64,000 nucleotides of DNA from contig CAINVT010000009.1 of the NCBI GenBank assembly GCA_903854215.1, positions 191 to 64,190 of the forward strand, read 5' to 3'. The notes under the pieces are model-generated. The model was not told the DNA's origin, did no database searches, and saw only the letters and a program-made list of their open reading frames with translations. Position numbers and translations under genes: made by a program. This DNA is from an uncultured bacterium. Lineage in GTDB: Bacteria; Patescibacteriota; Minisyncoccia; Phycocordibacterales; UBA2100. Positions within the stretch are counted from its first letter, which is position 1; each line of letters starts with the position of its first letter. Shown here in pieces: positions 10,130-19,453 of this stretch.

Positions 10130-10564
10130 ATGGGAAAAAAACGAATCATAAGAAAATCAGGCGGAACTGTCGATGCGGGACTCAAGTCGCGCTCTCTTGC
10201 ACGCGTCGCCAAGAAGAATATCACTGCCGGTACGCTGCACATCCACGCGACGTTCAACAACACGAAGGTGCTGCTTGCAGACAGAAGCGGTAACACCGTC
10301 GCATGGTCATCTTCCGGAAGTCTTGGATTCTCAGGAGCCAAAAAGGGCACTCCGTTCGCCGCTGCAAAAGTCGGAGAATTGGTCGGCGACAAAGCGAACA
10401 TTATTGGCATGAAGGAGGTCGAAGTTGTCATCCGCGGTGTCGGTGCCGGTCGCGAATCAGCATTGCGTGCCTTTGCCGGTAAGGGGATCGATGTCACCCG
10501 CATTGCAGATGATACGCCGATCCCGCATAATGGCCCACGACCCCCGAAGCCTCGTCGTATATAA
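10130..10564 (+). CDS. rpsK: 30S ribosomal protein S11
   Basis: GTLHIHATFNNTKVLLADRSGNTVAWSSSGSLGFSGAKKGTPFAA is the S11 signature. Confidence 0.95.
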   Translation: MGKKRIIRKSGGTVDAGLKSRSLARVAKKNITAGTLHIHATFNNTKVLLADRSGNTVAWSSSGSLGFSGAKKGTPFAAAKVGELVGDKANIIGMKEVEVVIRGVGAGRESALRAFAGKGIDVTRIADDTPIPHNGPRPPKPRRI

Positions 10565-10681
10565 GCAGTTATTAGTTGTTAGTTTATAGTTTTTAGATAT
10601 GAACATCATGAAAGCAATCTGCCGGGAAAACAAAAACTGTTTGCTATCAACTGACAACTACTAGCTAACAACTGATTCATT
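10565..10681 (+). promoter_or_regulatory. structured rpsK-rpsD intergenic leader with long imperfect inverted repeats; candidate S4 autoregulatory site
   Basis: The 5' arm CAGTTATTAGTTGTTAGTTTATAGTT pairs with the 3' arm CAACTGACAACTACTAGCTAACAACTG, and there is an inner 4-bp GCAA/TTGC stem. It sits immediately upstream of rpsD. Confidence 0.3.
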
Positions 10682-11287
10682 ATGTTACTCGTAAAATCAC
10701 AATACAGGATCGCCCGTCGCCTCGGCGCCGGTGTCTTTGAGAAGACACAATCACAGAAATTCGCGCTTTCAGAAGCTAATACGAAAAAGCCGCGCGGGCG
10801 TGCGCTTTCTGATTACGGTCGCCAATTGATCGAGAAGCAAAAGGTGCGATTTACGTATGGCCTGTCCGAACGCCAGCTTTCAAATTACGCACAGGCTGCG
10901 TTCAAAGAAAAAGAGCCGTCAGTTGCATTGAACATCGCACTCGAGATGCGTGCAGATTCTGCGGTCTATCGAGCCGGCTTCGCCGCCACTCGTCGTGCCG
11001 CTCGTCAGATCGTCAGTCATGGCCATATTGTCGTGAACGGTGTACGAATTACGACGCCTTCGTACCATGTTCGCGTCGGCGATGTCATCACGGTACGAGA
11101 GGGAAGCCGTACCAGTCCGCTTTTTGCCGGTCTCGCAGAAGTTAATCCCGAAAGTGGTCGTGCGATTCCAGGCTGGATCACGGCAGATCCAAAGGTACTT
11201 CGAGCGGAGATCAAGACTGAACCGACCTACAACAGTATAGATATGGGACTCGATTACCCGACGGTGTTTGAGTTTTACAGCAGATAA
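10682..11287 (+). CDS. rpsD: 30S ribosomal protein S4
   Basis: 201 aa with RQLIEKQKVRFTYGLSERQLSNY and an S4 RNA-binding domain. Confidence 0.95.
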   Translation: MLLVKSQYRIARRLGAGVFEKTQSQKFALSEANTKKPRGRALSDYGRQLIEKQKVRFTYGLSERQLSNYAQAAFKEKEPSVALNIALEMRADSAVYRAGFAATRRAARQIVSHGHIVVNGVRITTPSYHVRVGDVITVREGSRTSPLFAGLAEVNPESGRAIPGWITADPKVLRAEIKTEPTYNSIDMGLDYPTVFEFYSR

Positions 11288-11343
11288 TGTATAATGATGC
11301 AACTTTTTATTAGTCTTTTGGGACGCTAACTTTTATTACATTT

Positions 11344-12318
11344 ATGTCGGACTACCACATTGCATTGCCGAGCAAGCCACGCGTTGTCTCCGAGACGGAA
11401 CGAAGCGGTATCTACGAGATAGATGGCTTATATCCTGGGTATGGTAACACGCTGGGTAATTCTCTGCGTCGCATCATCTTGTCATCCCTTCCGGGTGCCG
11501 CGGTTACTCATGTGAAGATTCCCGGAGTACCGCATGAATTCTCGACGATCGAAGGCGTCAAAGAAGATGTCGTCACGATTCTTCTCAATATCCGTAAGAT
11601 CCGTTTCCGATTGCTTTCCGACGAACCACAGACCATTACGCTTTCGATCAAAGGACCGGCGCTCGTGACGGCGGCTGATCTGAAGCTCCCCGGCCAAGTC
11701 GAGATCCTCAACCCCGAACAGCCGATCGCAGAAGTGACCGCTAAAGTGAACTTCGAACTTGAACTGCGAGCCGAACAGGGATTGGGTTACATTCCGAAGG
11801 AGGAGCATCAGAAGGAGCGTGTTGATATCGGCACGATCGCGATCGATGCGATCTTCTCACCGATTCGCCGCGCGAATTACGAAGTAGAGAACATGCGCGT
11901 CGGTGACCGCACCAACTTCAATCGTTTGCGCATTATGATCGAGACCGATGGTACGCTTGCACCGCGCGAGGCACTCGAACGTTCCATCGAGACCATGATC
12001 CATCAGCTCAAAGCGGTAGTCGGATTCAAGGAAGAAGAAGAGTCGGAAGTATCGGCTACAGTCGCCGACTTGCGGGCACCTGTTCGTGAGGACAAAACGA
12101 CTCCGATGGATGCCGAGGTCTTGAAGACTCGTATTACAGAGCTTGGTATGCCGCAGCGCGTCGAGATGGCGCTCGATAATGCGTCTATCCGTACCGTCGG
12201 TGGCCTTGTGCGCAAGCGAGAGGACGACTTGCTCGCTATCGAAGGATTGGGCCAGAAGGGGCTGCAGGATATCAAGCGTGCGCTTTCTAACCTCGGCCTG
12301 ACGTTACGTTCACAATAA
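11344..12318 (+). CDS. rpoA: DNA-directed RNA polymerase subunit alpha
   Basis: 324 aa with an N-terminal dimerisation domain and a C-terminal alpha-CTD. It follows rpsD as in the alpha operon. Confidence 0.95.
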   Translation: MSDYHIALPSKPRVVSETERSGIYEIDGLYPGYGNTLGNSLRRIILSSLPGAAVTHVKIPGVPHEFSTIEGVKEDVVTILLNIRKIRFRLLSDEPQTITLSIKGPALVTAADLKLPGQVEILNPEQPIAEVTAKVNFELELRAEQGLGYIPKEEHQKERVDIGTIAIDAIFSPIRRANYEVENMRVGDRTNFNRLRIMIETDGTLAPREALERSIETMIHQLKAVVGFKEEEESEVSATVADLRAPVREDKTTPMDAEVLKTRITELGMPQRVEMALDNASIRTVGGLVRKREDDLLAIEGLGQKGLQDIKRALSNLGLTLRSQ

Positions 12319-12341
12319 TCATTCAGTCGTTAAAGTTATAT

Positions 12342-12698
12342 ATGTTGCATCATAAAAAAGGTCGCACACTCGGTAGGAAGAAGGGGCAGCGCACGGCACT
12401 CCTACGATCTCTCGCACGCTCGCTGGTGTTGCAAGAAGGTATCGTGACGACGGTCGCTAAGGCAAAGGAGCTTCGGCCGTTCGTTGAACGTCTGGTGACC
12501 GCCGGCAAACAAAATACCGTCGCTTCGCGCCGTCTCATTGCAAGTCGGCTGGGGAGCGCGCCGGATGCCGTCATTAAGATTCATGGCGATCTTCGTGAGC
12601 GATATGCGACACGCGCAGGAGGCTATACACGCATCATCTTGCTTGGTAAGATCGGCAAGCAAGCGACGGAGTCAGCTCGCATCGAATTTGTAAAATAA
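12342..12698 (+). CDS. rplQ: 50S ribosomal protein L17
   Basis: MLHHKKGRTLGRKKGQRTALLRSLARSLVLQEGIVTTVAKAKELRPFVERLVT. Confidence 0.95.
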   Translation: MLHHKKGRTLGRKKGQRTALLRSLARSLVLQEGIVTTVAKAKELRPFVERLVTAGKQNTVASRRLIASRLGSAPDAVIKIHGDLRERYATRAGGYTRIILLGKIGKQATESARIEFVK

Positions 12699-12699
12699 T

Positions 12700-13059
12700 A
12701 TGACAATAAAAACGACGACTGCGTACGAGATCAATGCTGCTGGCAAGTCCCTGGGGCGTGTCGCGGCGGAAGCGGCCAAGATGCTCATGGGCAAGACGTC
12801 TGCCGACTACACGCCGAATATCCGTTCTGATGTGAAGGTCACGATCAGTAATGTCTCAAAGCTTACGACCCGCGAGAAGAAGCTCGTGCAGACGAAGTTC
12901 ACTCGCTACACGGGATATCCGGGCGGTCTTAAGACGCTGTCACTTCAGCAGCTCAACGAAACGAAGCCAGGAGAAGCATTGCGTCGGGCGATCGAACGTA
13001 TGATGCCGCGCAATACGTTCCGGACTGAACGTATGAAGAATCTTACTATCAACGTATAA
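12700..13059 (+). CDS. rplM: 50S ribosomal protein L13
   Basis: 119 aa. The L13 N-terminus includes [14 protein letters not shown]. Confidence 0.92.
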   Translation: MTIKTTTAYEINAAGKSLGRVAAEAAKMLMGKTSADYTPNIRSDVKVTISNVSKLTTREKKLVQTKFTRYTGYPGGLKTLSLQQLNETKPGEALRRAIERMMPRNTFRTERMKNLTINV

Positions 13060-13066
13060 TTTTAGT

Positions 13067-13465
13067 ATGGCAACAAAAGCATTGGTATATACAGAAGCCG
13101 TCGGACGCCGTAAGACTGCGTCTGCGCGTGTTCGTATCACACCGGCGAAGAATTCGACGATGACGGTCAACGACAAGCCGGCTGAGGAATATTTCCCGTT
13201 GCCGATGATGGTGAAGACTGCCTTCGCGCCGATTACACTGCTCGGTACCCCATACGCAGTGACCGTCAAGGTCCACGGCGGCGGTCATAAGTCACAGGCA
13301 GAAGCAGTGCGCCTCGGTATTTCTCGCGCAATGATCGAGATCGTGCCGGAACAACGAAAGGATCTCAAAGTTCGCGGATATCTGAAACGCGACCCGCGTG
13401 CAAAGGAACGCAAGAAGTTCGGTCTCAAGGGCGCACGCCGTGCTCCTCAATGGTCGAAGCGATAG
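13067..13465 (+). CDS. rpsI: 30S ribosomal protein S9
   Basis: The C-terminus [22 protein letters not shown]...[24 protein letters not shown] is the S9 signature. Confidence 0.95.
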   Translation: MATKALVYTEAVGRRKTASARVRITPAKNSTMTVNDKPAEEYFPLPMMVKTAFAPITLLGTPYAVTVKVHGGGHKSQAEAVRLGISRAMIEIVPEQRKDLKVRGYLKRDPRAKERKKFGLKGARRAPQWSKR

Positions 13466-13480
13466 AACTAATATCAAGAA

Positions 13481-13508
13481 CCGCCACGTCAGACGTGGCG
13501 GTTTGCAT
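13481..13508 (+). terminator. rho-independent terminator-like hairpin after rpsI
   Basis: Perfect 10-bp inverted repeat CCGCCACGTC-a-GACGTGGCGG followed by TTTGCAT. Confidence 0.5.
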
Positions 13509-13541
13509 ATGTGTAAGGCATCTGTGATATACTCCCGCTGT

Positions 13542-14081
13542 ATGAACGATCTCGTAGATGATGAAATAAACTTCGAGCCCGAAGACGAGCTCGGTGACAT
13601 CGGCGCGGCTACCGCAAAGATTAAGAAGTTGCGTGAACAGTTAAAAGAAGCGCAAGAGAAACGCGACGAATATCTCGATGGGTGGCAACGTTGTAAAGCC
13701 GATGCGATCAATGCACGCAAGGAAGCAGCACAGCAGCACGATCGTGCACATGGTCGCGGCAAAGAGTCGGTACTTGAGGATATCATTCCTGTATTGGATA
13801 GTTTTGATATGGCAGCGAACGGTGAGGCATGGCTTGCGGTAGATGAGAATTGGCGCAACGGTGTCGATCTTATAAGAAATCAATTACTCGACGTGCTTTC
13901 ACGCCATGGGATCGAGCGATTCGGAAAGGTAGGCGAACAATTCGATCATCAGCTACACGAGGCAGTGCAGGAAGTGGACGACATGCCGGGTGAGAGCGGG
14001 GAAGTCGTACGTATTTTGCGCTATGGTTACAGGATGGGTGATCGTGTGATCCGTCCCACACAGGTCATCGTGAAGCAATAG
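13542..14081 (+). CDS. grpE: nucleotide exchange factor GrpE
   Basis: ATG at 13542 (internal M of the longer ORF 13398). It has a coiled-coil N-terminus and the GrpE C-terminal beta-domain (...VRILRYGYRMGDRVIRPTQVIV). Confidence 0.85.
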   Translation: MNDLVDDEINFEPEDELGDIGAATAKIKKLREQLKEAQEKRDEYLDGWQRCKADAINARKEAAQQHDRAHGRGKESVLEDIIPVLDSFDMAANGEAWLAVDENWRNGVDLIRNQLLDVLSRHGIERFGKVGEQFDHQLHEAVQEVDDMPGESGEVVRILRYGYRMGDRVIRPTQVIVKQ

Positions 14082-14291
14082 CATTTTTCTCGCTGGCGAC
14101 ATTGGTACTCGCAACTTTGACCTCGTTCATACATAAAGTGCTCACTGCGGTGAGCATTACGGACGTGGCACAAGGGCAACAGACTCAAATAAATAAGTAC
14201 ATTATTGCGGAAGAGCACTTTGACCTCGTCGCGCCATCTTTCGCTACATCATCATCCATCCTCACCACAATACACGGTATGTGTCGCTCAT

Positions 14292-14332
14292 AAGTCCGTG
14301 AATTACCCAATTGGGTTATTTACGGGCTTTCA
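14292..14332. repeat. palindromic repeat copy 1 (core TTACCCAATTGGG)
   Basis: AGTCCGTGAATTACCCAATTGGGTTATTTACGGGCTTTCAC forms a 15-bp-arm hairpin with one mismatch and one G-U pair. It is nearly identical to the copy at 14977 and related to the perfect palindrome at 46309. Confidence 0.8.
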
Positions 14333-14356
14333 CAACGATGCTATTGTTGGACTGAT

Positions 14357-14956
14357 ATGGTCAATTCCGAGAAGATAAAACTAAAATTTCGCGGTATCAA
14401 AAAGGCTTCCGAATATCGCCGCGGAGAGCTTGCGCGCGATGTTCTGAAGGTTGCTGCTGCAGGTCTTGCAGTCGGATCAGTGATCGTGGCTCCGAATATG
14501 CCTCAAATAATTGATTACTTCGATCCGAAAGGTGTCGCAGAACGCCGGCGTATATGGCGCGCGATAAGATATTTGGAAGAGCGAAATACGATAGAGATTC
14601 GCAAGGAAGACGGACATGAGATGGTATTCCTGACGAAGAAAGGCAAAGTACAGCTCGATGAAGATTCGATATGGGATATGGAGATCAGAAAACCGTGGCA
14701 CTGGGATCATAAGTGGCGATTGATCATGTTTGATCTTCCCGCACGTTTCGAGCGGGTGCGTCGGCCATTCCGCGAGAAACTAGCCGATTTCGGTCTCGTA
14801 TCATATCAGAAATCCATCTTCATTTATCCGTATGAATGCCAGGAGGAGATCCTTACGCTCGCGGAATTTTACGGAGTTCGCGAATATATTTGTTACATCG
14901 TTGCGGACGAGATAAGTAACATGCGGGAGATTGCAAAACGGTTTGACTTGTCATGA
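14357..14956 (+). CDS. PaaX-like protein: N-terminal winged-helix domain plus C-terminal Cas2/VapD-like domain; inserted between grpE and dnaK
   Basis: 199 aa. The C-terminal WRLIMFDLPARFERVRRPFREKLADFGLVSYQKSIFIY follows the Cas2/PaaX_C pattern (hydrophobic strand-D-x-P ... R-rich ... GF/G-x-vQ-S-V/I-F). The N-terminal RYLEERNTIEIRKEDGHEMVFLTKKGK is wHTH-like. The domain assignment is from motif recognition only. Confidence 0.5.
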   Translation: MVNSEKIKLKFRGIKKASEYRRGELARDVLKVAAAGLAVGSVIVAPNMPQIIDYFDPKGVAERRRIWRAIRYLEERNTIEIRKEDGHEMVFLTKKGKVQLDEDSIWDMEIRKPWHWDHKWRLIMFDLPARFERVRRPFREKLADFGLVSYQKSIFIYPYECQEEILTLAEFYGVREYICYIVADEISNMREIAKRFDLS

Positions 14957-14976
14957 AGAATTCTTATAATGCATAG

Positions 14977-15017
14977 AGTCCGTGAATTACCCAATTGGGA
15001 TTTTTACGGACTTTCAC
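14977..15017. repeat. palindromic repeat copy 2
   Basis: AGTCCGTGAATTACCCAATTGGGATTTTTACGGACTTTCAC. The first 24 nt are identical to copy 1. It lies between the PaaX-like gene and dnaK. Confidence 0.8.
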
Positions 15018-15182
15018 CTTGGTTTCAGGTATCAACTGCAAGAATGTATATTGCACTGGATTACACTAGCAGATACCTCAAATCATGCAGGGTGTATACT
15101 GGGGGCCGGATACGTTCACCTGCACAGGAACGCGAGGAAGACGTTTAATTACGAACAGTATTAATAACATAGCAGCATACAT

Positions 15183-17069
15183 ATGGCAAAAATTTTAGGC
15201 ATCGATTTGGGTACGACCAATTCAGCAATGGCGGTGGTCAAGGGCGGCGAACCTGAGATCATTGAGAATGCTGAGGGGGCCCGTACGACACCGTCCGTCG
15301 TCGCAACATCAAAGACCGGCGAGCGTCTCGTCGGATTGCTCGCACGCCGACAGGCAGTGACCAATCCGAAGAACACGGTCTATCAGATCAAACGCTTTAT
15401 CGGTCACAATTTCGACGAGCCAGCAGTCGAAAAAGATCGTGCTTCCGTGCCATTCGAGACTCAAAAATCCGCTACCGGCGGTATCGAGGTGAAAATGGGC
15501 GATAAATGGTATCGTCCGGAAGAGATTTCGGCGATGATCCTTCAAAAATTGAAGACTGATGCGGAGACACGCCTCGGCGAAACAATCACTGAAGCGGTCA
15601 TAACCGTACCGGCGTATTTTAACGATGCACAGCGCCAGGCCACGAAGGATGCGGGCAAGATCGCCGGCCTCGATGTGAAGCGCATCATCAACGAACCGAC
15701 CGCAGCAGCGCTCGCGTACGGATTCAATAAGAAGAAGAACGAGAAGATCGTCGTATTCGATTTCGGCGGGGGCACCTTCGATATCTCCGTACTTGAAGTC
15801 GGTGATGACGTCATCGAAGTACGTTCGACCGACGGCGACTCACACCTCGGCGGCAAAGACATCGATCAAAAGATCATGGACTGGATCGCAGAAGAATTCA
15901 AAAAAGAATCCGGTATTGATGTTCGCAACGATCCGCTCGCTCGCCAGCGTCTCGACGAAGCCGCGGAGAAAGCGAAGATCGAGCTCTCGACCGCTGTCGA
16001 AAGCGAGATCAACATCCCATTCATTACCTCCGACACTTCGGGCCCCCGTCACCTGCTGGTGAAGTTGAGCCGTGCCAAGCTTGAAGAGCTTACCAATGAA
16101 TTCATCGAGCGTGCCATGACGATTACGAAGCGCGCGATGGAAGCATCGCCGTTCAAGATCACTGATATCAACGAAGTGATCCTTGTCGGCGGTCAGACAC
16201 GTATGCCTGCGATGCAGAAGGCGGTTGAGACATTCTTCAGTAAGAAACCGAATCTGAGCGTCAATCCGGACGAAGTCGTTGCCCTTGGCGCGGCTATACA
16301 GGGCGGTATTTTGCAGGGAGATGTGAAGGACGTACTTTTGCTCGATGTGATCCCGCTCTCGCTGGGTATTGAAACATACGGCGGTGTTGCCACGAAGCTT
16401 ATCGAACGCAATACGACGATCCCGACATCACGTTCGCAAACATTCTCAACCGCATCCGATAATCAACCCTCGGTCGAGATCCACATCGTACAAGGTGAAC
16501 GTCCGATGGCGACTGACAACAAATCGCTCGGCCGGTTCAATCTTGATGGTATTCCTCCCGCGCCGCGCGGTATGCCGCAGGTCGAAGTAAGCTTCGACAT
16601 CGATGCGAACGGTATCCTTTCGGTCAAAGCAAAGGATAAGACAACCAACAAAGAGCAGTCGATCCGCATCGAAGCATCATCCGGACTTTCTGACACAGAA
16701 GTTGAAAAAATGCGCAAAGATGCGGAAGTGAACGCCGAGGCGGACAAGAAGAAACAAGAGCTCGTCGAATCGCAGAATGCTGCCGACCAGATGGTCTATG
16801 CCGCAGAAAAGGCACTCAAAGAACACGGAGACAAAGTATCAGATGATATCAAAAAAGGTGTTCAGGAGAAGATTGATGCTCTGAAGGCGGCGCGCGCCGG
16901 TGTGGACGCACTGACGATCAAGTCCGCCGCGGATGTGCTATCCACTGAAATGAGTAAGATCGGCCCCGCCGTCGCCCAAGCTAAGACAGACGAGGAAGCG
17001 GCAGCGAAGAATCAGCAACCGCCACAAGATCAGACACCTCCTACAGACACAACGGGTGAGCAGAAGTAA
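15183..17069 (+). CDS. dnaK: molecular chaperone DnaK (Hsp70)
   Basis: 628 aa with [21 protein letters not shown] and the full Hsp70 ATPase and substrate-binding domains. Confidence 0.97.
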   Translation: MAKILGIDLGTTNSAMAVVKGGEPEIIENAEGARTTPSVVATSKTGERLVGLLARRQAVTNPKNTVYQIKRFIGHNFDEPAVEKDRASVPFETQKSATGGIEVKMGDKWYRPEEISAMILQKLKTDAETRLGETITEAVITVPAYFNDAQRQATKDAGKIAGLDVKRIINEPTAAALAYGFNKKKNEKIVVFDFGGGTFDISVLEVGDDVIEVRSTDGDSHLGGKDIDQKIMDWIAEEFKKESGIDVRNDPLARQRLDEAAEKAKIELSTAVESEINIPFITSDTSGPRHLLVKLSRAKLEELTNEFIERAMTITKRAMEASPFKITDINEVILVGGQTRMPAMQKAVETFFSKKPNLSVNPDEVVALGAAIQGGILQGDVKDVLLLDVIPLSLGIETYGGVATKLIERNTTIPTSRSQTFSTASDNQPSVEIHIVQGERPMATDNKSLGRFNLDGIPPAPRGMPQVEVSFDIDANGILSVKAKDKTTNKEQSIRIEASSGLSDTEVEKMRKDAEVNAEADKKKQELVESQNAADQMVYAAEKALKEHGDKVSDDIKKGVQEKIDALKAARAGVDALTIKSAADVLSTEMSKIGPAVAQAKTDEEAAAKNQQPPQDQTPPTDTTGEQK

Positions 17070-17140
17070 GATTGCTGTGCAAAGGCGTATCAGTGTCCGC
17101 AAAACGAAACACGTTGTGCGTTTAGCAGTGCCAGAATATA

Positions 17141-18241
17141 ATGAATAGCATGAAGGACTACTATACGATTCTCGGCGTACCACGATCGGCGACCGAAGAT
17201 GATATCAAAAAGGCATTTCGCAAGCTCGCCCAAAAATATCATCCCGACAAAAAAGGCGGCGACGAAGCCAAGTTCAAGGAGATGAGCGAAGCGTATTCGA
17301 TCCTTTCCGACAAAAAGCGCCGTGCGGAGTACGATACCTACGGCAAAACGTTCGCCGGCGGCAATGGCGGCAGCGCTTCGGGCGCAGGATTCGGCGGATT
17401 CGACTTCTCGAATTTTCAGCAGGGATTTCAAGGATTCAACGGTCAGAACGTGGAGTTCGATCTCGGCGATATTTTCGGCGATATCTTTGGAGGTGCAGGT
17501 GGGCAATCGCGAGAACAGGCGAGAGGGCGTGATATTTCGATCGATATCGAGCTCACATTTCGCGAGAGTATTTTTGGTGCCGATCGACGCGTGCTTATTT
17601 CAAAGATGGCCGTCTGTGATGTATGCTCCGGCACCGGTGCCAAAAGAGGCACGAAGCTCGTGTCGTGCAAGACATGCAACGGCAAAGGTGAGATCCGCGA
17701 GACACGTAATACGTTCTTCGGTAATTTCACTTCTGCCCGATTATGTCCGACCTGTAGTGGGCGTGGAGAGGTGCCTGAAACACCGTGCGAAGTATGTCAC
17801 GGTGCCGGCGTCGCCAAACGGCAAGAAGAGATTCATATTTCCGTTCCGTCGGGCGTTCTCGATGGAGAAATGATCCGTATGCCCGGTCGCGGCGAAGCGG
17901 TAAAAGCCGGTGGATCGGGTGATCTCTATGTCAAATTACACATAAAGAAAGATGCGTCGTTCTCGCGCGATGGCAACAATCTCCTGACCGCGCTCTCGAT
18001 CAAGCTTACCGATGCACTGCTCGGCGGTGAATATCACATCCGGACACTCGATGGGGAAGAGGTCGTCACTGTGCCTGCAGGTATCGTGCACGGCGAGACC
18101 ATTCGTATCCGCGGCAAAGGAGTTCCCGGAGCTCGCGGCGGCCGAGGTGATCTTCTGGTGCGGATCGATATCGAATTCCCGAAAAAACTGACTCACACGG
18201 CACGTGATCTTATTGATAAGCTTCGCGCTGAAGGACTCTAA
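17141..18241 (+). CDS. dnaJ: molecular chaperone DnaJ
   Basis: J-domain with HPD (KYHPDKK), a G/F-rich linker, and four CxxCxGxG zinc-finger repeats. Confidence 0.95.
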   Translation: MNSMKDYYTILGVPRSATEDDIKKAFRKLAQKYHPDKKGGDEAKFKEMSEAYSILSDKKRRAEYDTYGKTFAGGNGGSASGAGFGGFDFSNFQQGFQGFNGQNVEFDLGDIFGDIFGGAGGQSREQARGRDISIDIELTFRESIFGADRRVLISKMAVCDVCSGTGAKRGTKLVSCKTCNGKGEIRETRNTFFGNFTSARLCPTCSGRGEVPETPCEVCHGAGVAKRQEEIHISVPSGVLDGEMIRMPGRGEAVKAGGSGDLYVKLHIKKDASFSRDGNNLLTALSIKLTDALLGGEYHIRTLDGEEVVTVPAGIVHGETIRIRGKGVPGARGGRGDLLVRIDIEFPKKLTHTARDLIDKLRAEGL

Positions 18242-18251
18242 AATTTGATGT

Positions 18252-18746
18252 ATGCACCTTCCTGCTCTTTTCCCCTCGTGGCTCTTGAACATTCCGCTCG
18301 GTTGGATCGTCGTCGTCATAATCGTATTGCTGCTCTCATTCGATGCAATGCGCTCCGGTCCCGGACGCGCCGTCGTTCTCGCCATTGCCTCCCCGATATC
18401 TATTTTTCTTTTTGAAATTCTTCCTCAAACATTTCTGGTGGGTAAGATGTTTACGGCCCTTTCGGCATCGTTTGTCATCGCCGGAATTGCACTTGCGATA
18501 TATATTGTCATCTATCTTCTCCTGCACCGAATGACCGCTACATTTAGCGGTTTATCAACAGGATTGCTCAATTCTCTACTCGCCGGTATTAGTGGAACGA
18601 TCGCATTCATCATACTGTGGCTTCAGATCCCTGCACTCGTGTCGCTCTGGAATCCGGGCAGTCAGATAGATGCGCTATTCGGCTTGCCGTATGCACTCCT
18701 CTGGTTTTTAGGCTCGTTTCTCGTACTTGCTTTTGTGCGGAGCTGA
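18252..18746 (+). CDS. small polytopic membrane protein, possibly CvpA-like
   Basis: 164 aa with four predicted TM helices. The family assignment is weak. Confidence 0.45.
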   Translation: MHLPALFPSWLLNIPLGWIVVVIIVLLLSFDAMRSGPGRAVVLAIASPISIFLFEILPQTFLVGKMFTALSASFVIAGIALAIYIVIYLLLHRMTATFSGLSTGLLNSLLAGISGTIAFIILWLQIPALVSLWNPGSQIDALFGLPYALLWFLGSFLVLAFVRS

Positions 18747-18828
18747 AAAACCTATACACTTCTGTTGTTTTGTGATATAAAGCATAGAGGGAAGCCCGTC
18801 GGCTTCAGATAAGAAAAGGGAGATAAAC

Positions 18829-19062
18829 ATGCACATTTACATTCCGCTGTGGATCGTCTGCTTGTATATGGCCATTGTAACGGTCGGGGCCTTATCGTGC
18901 TGGTTAACAGTTGATTACGGGTGGGGAAGCGAGAAAAAACGCGGTTTTTTCTACCATCTGTCAAGATTTCTAATCTATTTCGTAATATGTGCAATCTTCT
19001 GGCCGCTCTCCCTCCTCGAGGAGGGGCTCGACAAGCTGCCTGCGAGAGGAATTTTGCGCTGA
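18829..19062 (+). CDS. small membrane protein (two TM helices), hypothetical
   Basis: 77 aa. A GGAG-like RBS (GGGAGATAAAC) lies upstream and a terminator hairpin downstream. Confidence 0.4.
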   Translation: MHIYIPLWIVCLYMAIVTVGALSCWLTVDYGWGSEKKRGFFYHLSRFLIYFVICAIFWPLSLLEEGLDKLPARGILR

Positions 19063-19080
19063 TCGCTGATGTTGTGAGCG

Positions 19081-19112
19081 GCGTGGCTTGGAAGCCACGC
19101 CGATTTCTGTTA
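19081..19112 (+). terminator. rho-independent terminator-like hairpin
   Basis: GGCGTGGC-TTGGAA-GCCACGCC (8-bp perfect stem) followed by GATTTCTGTT. Confidence 0.5.
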
Positions 19113-19453
19113 TACCCACATGGGACTTGCATAATATGAATTATTGTTTTAAAGTAATAAAAGTAGGCGTCTTGAAGCGTCTGGATAGGATTGGTGAAGG
19201 AGATGGGCGATGACACTTCGTAACCAGATGGCGATAATAACGGTGTTGCTGCTGCTCATTGTGGTAGCGGCAGTTTGTGTCACACCGGATTCGACCTCAT
19301 CAGGCGCGGAAATCCTCCGTATGATCGGGCTTGATCCAGGCAAATTTAGGTGACACGCGACATCTTTGGTCAAGATGATCAAAAATTTCGTGCTACCCTA
19401 TCAGTAGGATCTTTTCCATCCTCATAGAGAGTAGAGTCCAAAAGGAGAAGGCC

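Noticed and set aside
13292-13858. 188-aa minus-strand ORF
   Set aside because: It is antisense to the rpsI 3' end and to grpE. It is Ser/Cys/Ala-rich with no motif: a shadow ORF.
14136-14158. Inverted repeat AAGTGCTCAC-tgcg-GTGAGCATT downstream of grpE, considered as a CIRCE/HrcA operator
   Set aside because: The half-site and spacer do not match the CIRCE consensus TTAGCACTC-N9-GAGTGCTAA (4-nt spacer, different half-site), and it lies downstream of grpE rather than at a promoter.
14102-14293. 63-aa plus-strand ORF between grpE and the first palindromic repeat
   Set aside because: No RBS or motif support, and it runs into the repeat element. It is more likely non-coding spacer, and is retained only as a possibility.
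19270-19360. tRNA-like signal: GGATTCGACC (reverse complement of a T-loop-like GGTCGAATCC) flanked by 7-nt complementary ends (GTGTCAC / GTGACAC)
   Set aside because: Reverse-strand folding gives no acceptable D-arm, anticodon arm or T-stem, and the length (about 81 nt) and loop identities do not fit. The region is instead covered by a plausible small-peptide ORF, so the match is treated as a coincidence.
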